64,000 nt of DNA, taken from the NCBI GenBank assembly GCA_038245295.1, contig JBBRSP010000009.1, forward strand, positions 1-64,000, written 5' to 3'. This document shows, in pieces, positions 20,576-30,212 of this stretch. Numbering within the stretch: position 1 is the stretch's first letter; the number at the start of each line of letters is the position of its first letter. A model generated the notes under the pieces. It saw only the letters and a list, made by a program, of their open reading frames with translations, was not told the DNA's origin and made no database searches. The DNA is from Candidatus Binatia bacterium. GTDB lineage: Bacteria > Desulfobacterota > Binatia > HRBIN30. The translations under genes were made by a program, and so were the position numbers.

Positions 20576-20926
20576 TCAACCGCGTCGACGCTTGCGGTAT
20601 GCCGCCGAGTTTTCAGCGACCCGTCCGGGAACATCAGTCGCGCCTTCTTCGAAAACAACGCGGATGCGAGCGTCCAGCGCGGCGGCAACACGCCGTAGGT
20701 TTGCCAGTGAGTGTCCTTCGTACCCCGGTGACTCCAAGCGGCTGATGTGTTGTTGCGACGTCTTCAATCGCCGCGCCAGTTCCTTCTGCGACAGGCCCGC
20801 CTTCTCACGGAGTGCCGCTAGTTGGAGCGCCACGTCCCAAGCCTCGCCTGCCCGCTCGAAGCGAGCCGCGAAGCGCGCATCGCGCAGTTGTCCCTCGAGG
20901 TAGCGGCTGAAGTTCGTCTTCTTCAT
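20576..20926 (-). CDS. XRE HTH antitoxin (HigA-like)
   Basis: LREKAGLSQKELARRL.TSQQHISRLE; overlaps the toxin stop codon. Confidence 0.9.
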   Translation of the reverse strand: MKKTNFSRYLEGQLRDARFAARFERAGEAWDVALQLAALREKAGLSQKELARRLKTSQQHISRLESPGYEGHSLANLRRVAAALDARIRVVFEEGATDVPGRVAENSAAYRKRRRG

Positions 20927-21276
20927 CGCCGCATCCTATCTTGCCAATCGCGCATCCGTCGTTGCGCCGTCCGCATGTCCCGCAGGGCAATCACCTGGCC
21001 CTTGTTGCGAATCGCGTGCACGACCGTAATCCGGCGACCTCGTGCAAAGAACCAAAACACCCGGGTGTTGAGTTTTCCGACATGCCGCAGTTCAAACAAC
21101 CCACCAACCAGCGCCTTGGATAGAGGCGCGCGGTGATACTCGCGCTGGCGCAGCTTGGCGAGTCCGGCCATCACGGCCGCAAAGTCATTCGGATCGCTCA
21201 CCCTCAGCACCTCCAGAAATTCCATCACAGGACACGCCCCTGCCTGAGTCTCGTAAAACTCTATGTCGAAGTTCAT
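20923..21276 (-). CDS. RelE/ParE-family (Gp49/HigB-like) toxin
   Basis: IEFYET..G.CPV.EFL, LFELR, RVFWFF and VHA motifs. Confidence 0.9.
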   Translation of the reverse strand: MNFDIEFYETQAGACPVMEFLEVLRVSDPNDFAAVMAGLAKLRQREYHRAPLSKALVGGLFELRHVGKLNTRVFWFFARGRRITVVHAIRNKGQVIALRDMRTAQRRMRDWQDRMRR

Positions 21277-21284
21277 CAGGGTTC

Positions 21285-21302
21285 AACATCAATATTGATG
21301 TT
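21285..21302. promoter_or_regulatory. Perfect 18-bp palindrome, likely TA operator
   Basis: AACATCAATATTGATGTT, 8 bp upstream of the toxin ATG. Confidence 0.75.
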
Positions 21303-21368
21303 TCGAGTCGGCGGCTGCTCGGCGATCATCATCGACGTCAGTGTACCGAGGGAGGGTGCCTACAGCGA

Positions 21369-21851
21369 TGACTGCGGTGCATCGATGCGGGACAGATGAC
21401 AATATTGGATCGCTGCGGTTGAACGCTGGGGGGACGGCGACGGCGCACCGTCTGTTGGTTGGTGCCGATGGCGTGGCGATCGGATTCCTCGCCACCGTGA
21501 GTCCGGACTCGACGCCACACATGACACCGGTGTACCCGATCTTCTGCGGCGATGAGCTCTACCTGTCAGCCGGTGGCCACAGGCGCAAGGTGAATGACCT
21601 GCTCGCCAACGGCGCCTACGTGCTGCACGCATTCCTGCGCGCCAACGACGAGCCGCTGCAGATCGCCGGGCGGGCGGAAGAGATCGTGTCGGAACATGAG
21701 TGATTGGCCGTCCACGCGGCCATCCGCTTCGCGGCGTTCAACCGCCGCGATCCAATCTTTCGGCATCGAACGCGTCTTGTGGGTCTACTGGGAACGCGTC
21801 GGGCAACCCGATACGCGGCCGATTCGTAAGCGTTGGCGCAGCGGTCGGTAA
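21369..21851 (+). pseudogene. Pyridoxamine 5'-phosphate oxidase-like (split barrel) pseudogene
   Basis: GFLATV.PD..PH..PV motif; in-frame TGA at 21701 and a frameshift near 21760 before IERVLWVYWERVGQP. Confidence 0.7.
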
Positions 21852-21890
21852 CTAGACGGGAAAGGTGATCGGGGCACAACAACCGGCCGA

Positions 21891-23144
21891 CTACTCGCGC
21901 GGATAAAGCCAGCTTTGCAGCTCTTGGACGACGTAGTCGACGGTGCTGTTCCCCGGGTGCCTTTGCTGAGCGGCTTCAATCCGATCGAGCGCTTCAACGC
22001 CAAACACGGATGCCAATGCCACCGAGGCCTGGGCGCTTACATCCTTGTCGGAATCGTACTGGAGTCGGTCCAGCTCCTTGCCCCACGTCTTATCGCCGCT
22101 CGCACCGATGATCCGGCAACCCAGTACCTTCTCTTGTCGATCGCCACGGAGCAGATCCGAGACAAAGTCACGGTCGACCTTCCCGGCAATCAGGGCGATG
22201 ACGAACTCGGCGTTACCCCGGAGGACCCGATCTCCGGACTGCCGTTGCAAGGCACGCAACGCGGGAACCATCGGTCGGCCCTGACGAACAAGGGACTCGA
22301 TGGCCTCTACGAAATAGTCTTCGTCCACTCGACTGGCCTGGTGGAGGAGCTGCCACTGGTCAAGCACGCTCTCGAGGCGTCTCTCAGAAGCCACAAGACG
22401 CTCCTCGCTCCACCAGGAAATAAGCCGCTCCCGGGCCAGGGTGCGTTCGGCAGCTCGGCGCGGACCCCAGTTGTCAGGTTCATTCGGACCTCTCGTTCCG
22501 CACTTTTCAATGCTTTCAGAACGCGGGAATCCGAGAATTCACTCCAAGATGCGCACCAATGAATCAATCACGCCCGGATCTTGCTCTCGAGCCAACACCT
22601 CGAACAGTCTCTGAGTAAGCGTGCGGTCGGCGACTTCGGCAAGAAGCTCGCCTACCGTGTCGACCTCAAGCAATAACATCCAGGACGCTTTCGAATTTGT
22701 ATTGGCGCGAAAGTCTGCGAGCGCCGCCTCGAAGGAGTCCCAAGCAGGGGCCCGCACGGCAGCGCTAGTTGGCAGTACCCCAGCACGCTCGACCGGCCGG
22801 CCGACAATGAACAACCTGACGAAGTTCCCCGCTTCAGTTCGGCGCCGCGACATGGCCCAGGGGCTGAGAAGAAGACGCAACGCCCGCGCGCTATCGCCCC
22901 GGGATTCCCGAATGCTGAGAGCCCTTATCAATTCACGTATCGCTGTAGGGCGACGCTGCAACGCAAGCCGTCCCCGCTGATTGCGCGCAACGACTGGTGA
23001 AGCAACTTCTTGAACGGCATCCATCAAGTCCTTCACCGAGCCCGAGGAATTTCCCCTTGGTGGCACTCCGTGGACAGGTGCACCGAAAGCGCTCATCAGC
23101 AGCGCCGCCAAGATCAACTCATGTCGCAGGGAAACGAAACGCAT
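21891..23144 (-). pseudogene. Exported HEAT-repeat-like protein interrupted by one in-frame TGA (22539-22541)
   Basis: ORFs 22539-23234 and 21891-22394 are in the same frame with no other stop between them; 418 codons if read through. Confidence 0.65.
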
Positions 23145-23378
23145 CAAGTCCAGAGCCCCACTGTGGTTTGCATACCATTGGATATCGAAATCGAGAATGG
23201 CAGCCATGGGAGCGCGTGTCGGGCGCGACGCCAAAGTTGATCCGATCGCGAAACAGATGGTTATCGTTCCCAGCCCATGCGACGTCCCTAAGCGATCTCT
23301 GAGCGCTCCCGCGTTCGCTCTGCGCCTTCGCGTCTTGGCGTGAGAAAGACGCTAGCCGAACCCAAGGGGAACGCGTCG

Positions 23379-24197
23379 TTACGGCGCCGGGAAGGCGCCA
23401 TCGATGGCGGCGATATCCGTCGCACTCAGCTCAAGATCACCCGCGGCGGCGTTGTCACGCACGTGATCGAGATCGGCGGCTTTCGGAATCGTGAACGTGC
23501 CCGCTTCACGCGTCAGGAAAGCCAAGGCAACCTGGGCCGGGCTGGCGCCGTGTTTGGCGGCGATCTCCGTCAGGACCAGCGCCTTGGCGCCGGAGCGCGG
23601 CATGCCGCCGAGCGGCGTGTAGCCGACCAGGGCGATCTCGTGGCGCCGGCACAACGGCAGGAGCGACGGCTCGATACCGCGGTCGCCGAGATTGTAGAGC
23701 ACCTGGTTGCACGCCAACGGAACACGCCGCAGCGCCGCCATTGCTTCCTTGATGTCTTCGACATCGCAATTGCTCACGCCCAACGAACGAATCTTACCGT
23801 CGGCGACGAGATCCTCCAGGGCGCGCATGGTTTCGGCAAGCGGCTCGCGCCCGCGCCAGTGCAGTAAGTAGAGATCGAGATAATCGGTGCCGAGGCGACG
23901 CAGGCTGGCCGCGGCGGCGCGCAGTGTTCCTTTGTAGCTGGCGTTCTGTGGGAGCACTTTCGAGACGATGAACAGGGACTGGCGTGGCCAATCGCGGATG
24001 GCCGAGGCGACGATCTCTTCGGCGCCACCGCCGCCATACATCTCCGCCGTGTCGATGTGCGTCATGCCGAGCTCAAGGCCGCGCCGCAGAGCCGCCACCT
24101 CTGCCGCGCGCCCGCGGCGTGACTCACCCATGTGCCAGGTACCCTGACCGATGATCGGTACAGCGATCTTTTCCGTCCCGAAACTGCGCTTGCGCAT
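23379..24197 (-). CDS. Aldo/keto reductase
   Basis: GQGTW, IDTAEMYG, LDLYLLHW, LGVSN and IPKA motifs. Confidence 0.95.
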   Translation of the reverse strand: MRKRSFGTEKIAVPIIGQGTWHMGESRRGRAAEVAALRRGLELGMTHIDTAEMYGGGGAEEIVASAIRDWPRQSLFIVSKVLPQNASYKGTLRAAAASLRRLGTDYLDLYLLHWRGREPLAETMRALEDLVADGKIRSLGVSNCDVEDIKEAMAALRRVPLACNQVLYNLGDRGIEPSLLPLCRRHEIALVGYTPLGGMPRSGAKALVLTEIAAKHGASPAQVALAFLTREAGTFTIPKAADLDHVRDNAAAGDLELSATDIAAIDGAFPAP

Positions 24198-24275
24198 GAA
24201 GCTGAAGATTACTGCGGATCGCGTCCAATGGACAGCCGCGGAGGCGAGAGCAATACATCCGTCGTCCCGACAAAG

Positions 24276-24599
24276 GAGACTGTCGATTTTCTCTGATTCA
24301 TCGTTTGAACCTGCGCAAACACCTCCGTCATACCGGTGAAAGCCGGTATCTCGCCAGCATTCTTTGCCTTCCACTTGAGGAGATCCCGGCTTCCGAGCGT
24401 GTCGATTTACTCGGAAACCAAATTTGAAACCGTGCAGACCTTTCCGTCATACCGGCGAAAGCCGGCATCTCGCCAGCTTTCGAGGCTTCCAGCAGGGGGA
24501 GATCCCGGTTTTCACCGGGATGACGTTGCTCCACTTTGGTTTTACGACAGTCTCTTTCGCCGGGGTGACGTTGCTTCATTTCAGTTTATCGACAGTCTC
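24276..24599. mobile_element. 324-bp MITE with 12-bp TIRs and 4-bp TSD, inserted in a REP and containing a nested 160-bp MITE (24395-24554)
   Basis: AAAG|GAGACTGTCGAT...ATCGACAGTCTC|AAAG; the empty site rebuilds the REP GTCGTCCCGACAAAGGCCGGGCCCAG. Confidence 0.88.
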
Positions 24600-24721
24600 A
24601 AAGGCCGGGCCCCAGTGTTGGAATTGAGTCTGCGCATCTGGCTTGGTTTCCCATCACTGGATCGCGGCCTGTGGCGGTGTCCCCGCGGTTGGCCGATTCC
24701 CCGTCCATAATCGGCACACCC

Positions 24722-24806
24722 GGCTTCGACGGCCTCAGCCTGAGCGGTTGCTAGGTTGACTCGGCGAATATCTCTCGCTGACCCTGATCTATGCTCGTCG
24801 AAGGGT
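24722..24806. repeat. Degenerate REP pair (CTTCGAC..CTCAG / CCCTGA..GTCGAAGGG family)
   Basis: Inverted CTTCGACG...CGTCGAAG arms. Confidence 0.5.
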
Positions 24807-24817
24807 GAGCCACATCG

Positions 24818-25402
24818 CTAGCGCTCGAGCATGCGCGCCAGTCGTTGCTTTACGTGCTCCCATTCGGAATCGAGGATGCTGAAGTAGACGCTATGGCGCA
24901 GGCGGTTCCCCGGGCAGATCATGTGATTGCGAAAGGTTCCTTCTTCAACCGCACCGATGCGCTGGAGGGCCGCCCGTGAGCGCTGGTTGAGCGAATCCGT
25001 CTTGAACTCGACGCGAATACAACCGAGCGTTTCGAAGCAGTGCGTCAGCTGCAGAAGCTTGGCCTCGGTGTTGCACGGCGTGCGTTGCCAGGCCGTGCCG
25101 AGCCAGGTGCTACCGATCTCCAGGCGGCGATTGGCGCGGTCGATCGCCAGGTACGATGTCGAACCAACGATCTGATTTGAGGCTCGCTCGATCGTCACGA
25201 ACGGCAACATCACCCCACGCTCGGCTTCCTTCAGACTGCGCGCCACGTAGGCCCGCATTTCCTCGGGTGTGTCGATGGCGAAGGGGTACCAGCGGAACAG
25301 ATCGAAGCCGACACCGATTTCAATCAAGCGCTCCGCATGCTCGGGGCGCATCGGTTCGAGACGCACGAATCGGCCTTCCAACGTCACAGGGCGGATATCC
25401 AT
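24818..25402 (-). CDS. GNAT N-acetyltransferase (RimJ/RimL-like)
   Basis: LEIGSTWL, NTEAK, RVEFKTD..N.RS and GAVEEG motifs. Confidence 0.93.
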   Translation of the reverse strand: MDIRPVTLEGRFVRLEPMRPEHAERLIEIGVGFDLFRWYPFAIDTPEEMRAYVARSLKEAERGVMLPFVTIERASNQIVGSTSYLAIDRANRRLEIGSTWLGTAWQRTPCNTEAKLLQLTHCFETLGCIRVEFKTDSLNQRSRAALQRIGAVEEGTFRNHMICPGNRLRHSVYFSILDSEWEHVKQRLARMLER

Positions 25403-25450
25403 GGCCGCTCCTCTCCCCGAAACCGGCGCGGAAGTCACCAGGGACCGTTT

Positions 25451-28400
25451 CTACAAAGGACAATCGTTGAGAGCGTCGCCGACCGCCAAGATGATCTCGT
25501 CGATCGTCACCATTCCATCGCCGCTGATATCCGCGGCGGGACAACTGGGAAGCTCGCTATTGCCGAGGGCGATGTTCACCAAGGCCAAGATCTCGTCGAT
25601 CGTGACCTGCGTGTCCTGATTGCAGTCGCCGGCACAGCCTGTGCGCGGCGTCGGCGTCGGCGTGATGCTTGGTGTAGTGGTGATGGTCGCCGTTGCGCTG
25701 GCGGACGGCGATGGCGTCGGGGTCGGGGTGAACGTGCAAACCAGGAACTCGGCGCACTTCGGATCGCCGCAATCGGCAAGACCATCGCCATCGTTATCCA
25801 GTCCGTCGGCACAATCTTCCTCGCCGTACTCCAGGAAAACATCGGTAGGACCCACGCGCTTGAGAAAGCCGCGACCAACATCGAGAGACAGTCCGGTCGT
25901 GGTGGCGAAGTCGCCTTCGACGACCGCCGCCGACAAGATGAGAAACTCGCTTGGCGATGGTGGCACGAAGTCATCAAGCCGGGTGAGGGTAAGACCACCC
26001 GCCAACGTAGCGGAGCCCGACACGATCAAGCGATCATATTGGCTGACAGCCGTTCCGGCGATCTCCACCGCCAAGGTTCCAGCAGCAGTCTGGACATAGT
26101 CGCCATGCACCGCGATGCGACCAGGGGATGCACCGGGGCTGACGATTGCTCCATTCACCAGGGCACCGCCGATGGTGCCGTTGCCCTCGAGGCGTCCGCC
26201 GTTGATCATCACCGCCGGCGACGCCTGTAGAGTCCCTTCGAACATCCGGGTGGTACCGGCACTCTGGATGTACGCCGCTCTGCTCAGGAGGATGCCGGCG
26301 TCGATTTCGACCAAGCCATCGTTGAGAATGGGCACTCCCACGGACGTCGTGTTCGCGGAGCGCTTGCGCAGGGTGCCGCTGTTGCTGATCGTCCCGTCGC
26401 CATTGCGGAAAATTCCGACGTCGCCGCTGGTCTCAATGTCGAAGCGGGCACCTGCCAGGTTCACCAACATTCCGCCGGCTCCGATGCTGATGTTGCCGGC
26501 TTCGGTCCAGCTTGCGACGCCTAGATTTTCGAGACGTCGTTGGATCACCTTCGGCGAACTGGAGCGCAGGGTCATGCCGTTTGCGGCACGCAGGACACCG
26601 GTGCCACGCAGCGTGCCGCCGGCCCAATCGAACGGTCCGGTCACCGTCACCGTGCTGCTGCCGTCAATTGTACCGAACCCGAGAATCAGCGACGACAGAA
26701 CAACGTCGCCGTCCGCCGCGCTCAGAATGGCGGTCGCGCCGCTGACCTCCAGGATACCCAGCGCCGGAGAAGGTCCGCGCCAGGTCGCCTGTCCGCCATT
26801 TACAGTTGTCCGTTCGACGGCAAAGGAACCATCGACCTGAACCGTGCCCGCCGTCGTCGTCACGTGGGAAGCGACGACCTGACTGGAGGGCATGAACTGG
26901 TGCAGATTTCCGCCGAACTCGAGGGCGGTTCCCGGGGCCGCAAAGCTGCCTGTGTGGGTCCCACCTCCGTTCAGCAGGAGACTTCCGGCGCTGACCTCGA
27001 CAACGCCGCGATTGTCGAATGTCGCGTCGACTCGCGTCGCTCCGCCGGCTTCTTTGAGGAACATCCCGCTGTTTCTGAAGACCGAGCCGGCACTCGCCGT
27101 GATCGGCGCGTCGGTGAGGATGTGGAAGATTGCACTGCTCGTGTTGTCGAAGCGACCGCCGTTGCCGAGGCTGATACTCCCGGTGCCGCTCCACGTCGTG
27201 GCGGCGGCGTTGACGAGGGCACGGTCGAGCACTTTCGACGCGCTGCCGGAAATCGACATCATGTTGCCAGGCATCGTCGTGCCGCTGCCACCCATGACAC
27301 CACCCGACCACATGGTCGAATCGGAGACGACCACATCGCTACTGCCACCAAGCAAGCCGCTGCTTAGATCGAGCGTGCTCGCTTGGACAATCCCGCTGGC
27401 GAGATTGAAGGTGGCGCTGCCGCCGCTGATGCGGAGGTCGATGCTATGTGCCAGGCTGCCCGTCGCCTCGACGAACCCTCCATCGACGAGAAATTTGCCG
27501 GCGACGTCAGCAACGCCGCCGAGTTGAACAGTTCCACCACTGAACTCGACGTCACCGCCACTGATGCGAGCCGTCGGTCCGAGCACGTGATTCCCGCCAT
27601 CGAACTGGAGACGGGAGCCGATCACATCGAAGCGCCCCGAATCCTGCCCGCCGCCTGACAGGATGAGGACACCGCTGCGTAGGTCGACAAGCCCGCCGTT
27701 GTTGAACACAGCGGCAATACGCATCTGGCTGCCGGTGAGCTTCTCGATAGTGCCCGCATTCTCCACGACCGGCGCGCCGCTCGTGGCCGTAATGTTCGCG
27801 TCGTTCACCACGTGCAGGACAGCAGCGGCAGCATTCTCTAATCCACCCGTCGCACCCATCACGATGTCACCGACGTTGGTCCAGGTAGCGTTGCCCGTGT
27901 TGCGCAAGGTGCGGCTCAAGGTTTTTGGGGGCATGCCATCGATGAGCAGTCCGCCGCCGGCGACAACCCCGCCGCTCCCGGTCATTGCCCCCCCTTTCCA
28001 CGTTACGAGGCCGGAAACCGACAATGTGCTGGAACCACTGAGCGTGCCGGCCAGCAGGGTCAAAGACGCGACCGTCAACGGATTCGGCGTGGCGCTCAAG
28101 TTCAAAGTGCCGTTCGAAATGCTGATCGCGCCAATCTGGTTGACGCTGCTCGTAATGTTCACGGTGCCGGCGTTTAGGGTGGCGGTCTCGAGGATGCTGA
28201 GTGTCCCCCCGATGTTGGTCGTACCGCTGCTGAATCGCACGGTCCTGACGCTCAGGCTGCTGCCGGTGCCGAACGAATGCGTTCCGCCGCTGAATTCGAC
28301 CGTTGCGCCGCCGGCGGCGAGGTTGCCGCTGTGCGTGCTGCCACCGGAAAGATTGAGCGTGCCATCCTCGACGACAACCGTGCCGGTGTTGAGCAGCGCC

Positions 28401-28969
28401 ACGTTGCTGAATGTCGTTTGGCCGGACGTGGTCTTGCGAATGGTACCGGCATTCTCGATGCGCGGCGACCCTCCGCTGGCTGCAATGGTACTGTTGTTGT
28501 CGATACGAAAGGTTGCGCCCGGAAGGTTGGCAAGGACGGCGCCTGGCCCCATCGTAATGTTCCCGACATCACTCCAGACGGCGTCGGAGGCATTGTTCAG
28601 AGTACGGCCGAGGAGCTTCGCCCCCGTCCCGGAGATCGCGAGATGGCCATTGGCGTTGAGCGCCCCCGAACCACTCATCGCCCCCGCGCTCCAGGTGGTA
28701 CTTCCGGTTACCGAGAGCGTGCCGGTGCCTCCAAGGGCTCCGGCAAGAGTGAGCGACGAGACCACCCTCGCCACCGAGAGATCGACGGTTTTGCCGCCGG
28801 GAATGACCACATCGTCGTTGTCGGCTGGCGCGCCAGGTGGCGACCAGTTCGCATCGGTCAGCCAACTCGTCGACACCGCCCCCGTAAATTCGCGAACCAC
28901 AGCATGCGCCGGCCCGGCTTGGAGGAGGAGAACGGCGAACATTAGAGTCCAGACGTAGTGACGACTCAC
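25451..28969 (-). CDS. Large secreted beta-helix repeat protein with a C-terminal dockerin-like domain
   Basis: Signal peptide; four ~230-aa G/S/T/N-rich repeats; EDCADGLDNDGDGLADC; TP linker; GDCNQDTQVTIDE...ADISGDGMVTIDE; GTG start inferred. Confidence 0.85.
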   Translation of the reverse strand: MSRHYVWTLMFAVLLLQAGPAHAVVREFTGAVSTSWLTDANWSPPGAPADNDDVVIPGGKTVDLSVARVVSSLTLAGALGGTGTLSVTGSTTWSAGAMSGSGALNANGHLAISGTGAKLLGRTLNNASDAVWSDVGNITMGPGAVLANLPGATFRIDNNSTIAASGGSPRIENAGTIRKTTSGQTTFSNVALLNTGTVVVEDGTLNLSGGSTHSGNLAAGGATVEFSGGTHSFGTGSSLSVRTVRFSSGTTNIGGTLSILETATLNAGTVNITSSVNQIGAISISNGTLNLSATPNPLTVASLTLLAGTLSGSSTLSVSGLVTWKGGAMTGSGGVVAGGGLLIDGMPPKTLSRTLRNTGNATWTNVGDIVMGATGGLENAAAAVLHVVNDANITATSGAPVVENAGTIEKLTGSQMRIAAVFNNGGLVDLRSGVLILSGGGQDSGRFDVIGSRLQFDGGNHVLGPTARISGGDVEFSGGTVQLGGVADVAGKFLVDGGFVEATGSLAHSIDLRISGGSATFNLASGIVQASTLDLSSGLLGGSSDVVVSDSTMWSGGVMGGSGTTMPGNMMSISGSASKVLDRALVNAAATTWSGTGSISLGNGGRFDNTSSAIFHILTDAPITASAGSVFRNSGMFLKEAGGATRVDATFDNRGVVEVSAGSLLLNGGGTHTGSFAAPGTALEFGGNLHQFMPSSQVVASHVTTTAGTVQVDGSFAVERTTVNGGQATWRGPSPALGILEVSGATAILSAADGDVVLSSLILGFGTIDGSSTVTVTGPFDWAGGTLRGTGVLRAANGMTLRSSSPKVIQRRLENLGVASWTEAGNISIGAGGMLVNLAGARFDIETSGDVGIFRNGDGTISNSGTLRKRSANTTSVGVPILNDGLVEIDAGILLSRAAYIQSAGTTRMFEGTLQASPAVMINGGRLEGNGTIGGALVNGAIVSPGASPGRIAVHGDYVQTAAGTLAVEIAGTAVSQYDRLIVSGSATLAGGLTLTRLDDFVPPSPSEFLILSAAVVEGDFATTTGLSLDVGRGFLKRVGPTDVFLEYGEEDCADGLDNDGDGLADCGDPKCAEFLVCTFTPTPTPSPSASATATITTTPSITPTPTPRTGCAGDCNQDTQVTIDEILALVNIALGNSELPSCPAADISGDGMVTIDEIILAVGDALNDCPL

Positions 28970-29049
28970 GCTGGGTCCATACTCCCGGTCATGCGGACGA
29001 TCAACGTAAGATCGCGGTGGGTAGTGGGGCATTTCCCCGGAAGAAGTTA

Positions 29050-29265
29050 TGGAGTCCCAAACTCCCCTCTCCCACCGTGAATGAGAACCTAGACCGTGGG
29101 AGAGGGTTAGGGTGAGGGTCAGCCTGCGGATCCAGCCCAGCCGCGCGCCCTCACCCCGACCCTCTCCCACCGATCGACAATCCGTTCGAAGTGGGAGAGG
29201 GGGGAGCTTAGTCTCCAACAATTGCGAGGCACTGTGATCATGGGCACTCGGTTGAAATGACTACC
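29050..29265. repeat. ~216-bp palindromic REP/MITE-like element, copy 2
   Basis: Aligns with 5532-5747. Confidence 0.85.
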
Positions 29266-29327
29266 TCGCGGTGCGACCGCCGGGCGCCGGACTTTTCTTG
29301 CTCTCACGGCGATCCTATAGAGCGCGC

Positions 29328-30185
29328 ATGGGATTCACGAAGCTGGAAGCCCGCCCTCTGGCGGGTGCTTTGGGAGCGGAGATTGTCGGCATCGATGTAT
29401 CGCGCGCGATCGATGACGCGGTGTTCGACGAGTTGCAGCGAGCCCTGGTCGACTTCGGCGTGCTTTGTTTTCGTGACCAGCACATCGATCATGCTCAGCA
29501 GGTCGCCTTCGCGCGCCGCTTCGGTACGCTCGATGTGCACCCGATCGTCAAAGGAACCGACGACATTCCCGAGTTGGTGCGCGTGCTCAAGCCGGCCGGC
29601 GAGTCGGCGAGCTTCGGCGTCGGCTGGCACTCCGACAACTCCTTCTTCGCGGAGCCCAGTCTGGGTTCGGTGCTCTACGGAGTAACGATCCCGCCCTACG
29701 GCGGCGACACACTCTACGCCTCGATGGAGAGAGCGTTCGACGCCCTGTCGACGCCCATGAAAACGTTCCTCGACGGCATGGTGGCGGTACACAGCGCGTC
29801 GAGTGCGTACGATCCGAAGGTTACGGGCGAGAAGAAGTACCGCGGCGAAGCGCCAATCAGCTATCGCTACGATGAACAGGCGATCAATGCCGAGGTGCAA
29901 CACCCGGTGATCCGGACGCACCCGGTGAGCGGCCGCAAAAGCATCTACGTGAACCAGATGTTCACCCAGCGCATCGTCGGCTTGAACAGCAACGAAAGCC
30001 GCGCCCTGCTCGCCTTTCTCTACGACCACTGTGTGCAACCCGAGTTCACCTGCCGCCTGCGCTGGCAGCCGAATACCCTGGCGATGTGGGACAACCGCTC
30101 GGTGCAGCATTACGCCATCGACGACTACCGCCAGTTCGAACGGCTGATGTATCGCGTGACGATCTGCGGTGACCGGCCGCGCTGA
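29328..30185 (+). CDS. TauD/TfdA family 2-oxoglutarate/Fe(II) dioxygenase
   Basis: WHSD, GGDT, HPVIRTHP and WDNRSVQHYA motifs. Confidence 0.95.
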   Translation: MGFTKLEARPLAGALGAEIVGIDVSRAIDDAVFDELQRALVDFGVLCFRDQHIDHAQQVAFARRFGTLDVHPIVKGTDDIPELVRVLKPAGESASFGVGWHSDNSFFAEPSLGSVLYGVTIPPYGGDTLYASMERAFDALSTPMKTFLDGMVAVHSASSAYDPKVTGEKKYRGEAPISYRYDEQAINAEVQHPVIRTHPVSGRKSIYVNQMFTQRIVGLNSNESRALLAFLYDHCVQPEFTCRLRWQPNTLAMWDNRSVQHYAIDDYRQFERLMYRVTICGDRPR

Positions 30186-30212
30186 GCGCTCAGGCCGAAG
30201 ACGGATGCGACG

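Noticed and set aside
21701..21703. Selenocysteine or readthrough at the TGA in the PNPOx-like gene
   Set aside because: A frameshift follows shortly after, so simple decay is more likely
20550..23340. Integron cassette array
   Set aside because: No recognisable attC sites or intI; gene orientations are mixed
3900..24620. REP/MITE clusters as CRISPR arrays
   Set aside because: Repeats are inverted and nested, with homologous rather than unique spacers; no cas genes
28970..29221. Long N-terminal extensions of ORFs (e.g. 25451-29221, 10774-12618, 23379-24374)
   Set aside because: They run through repeats or opposite-strand genes; better starts lie downstream
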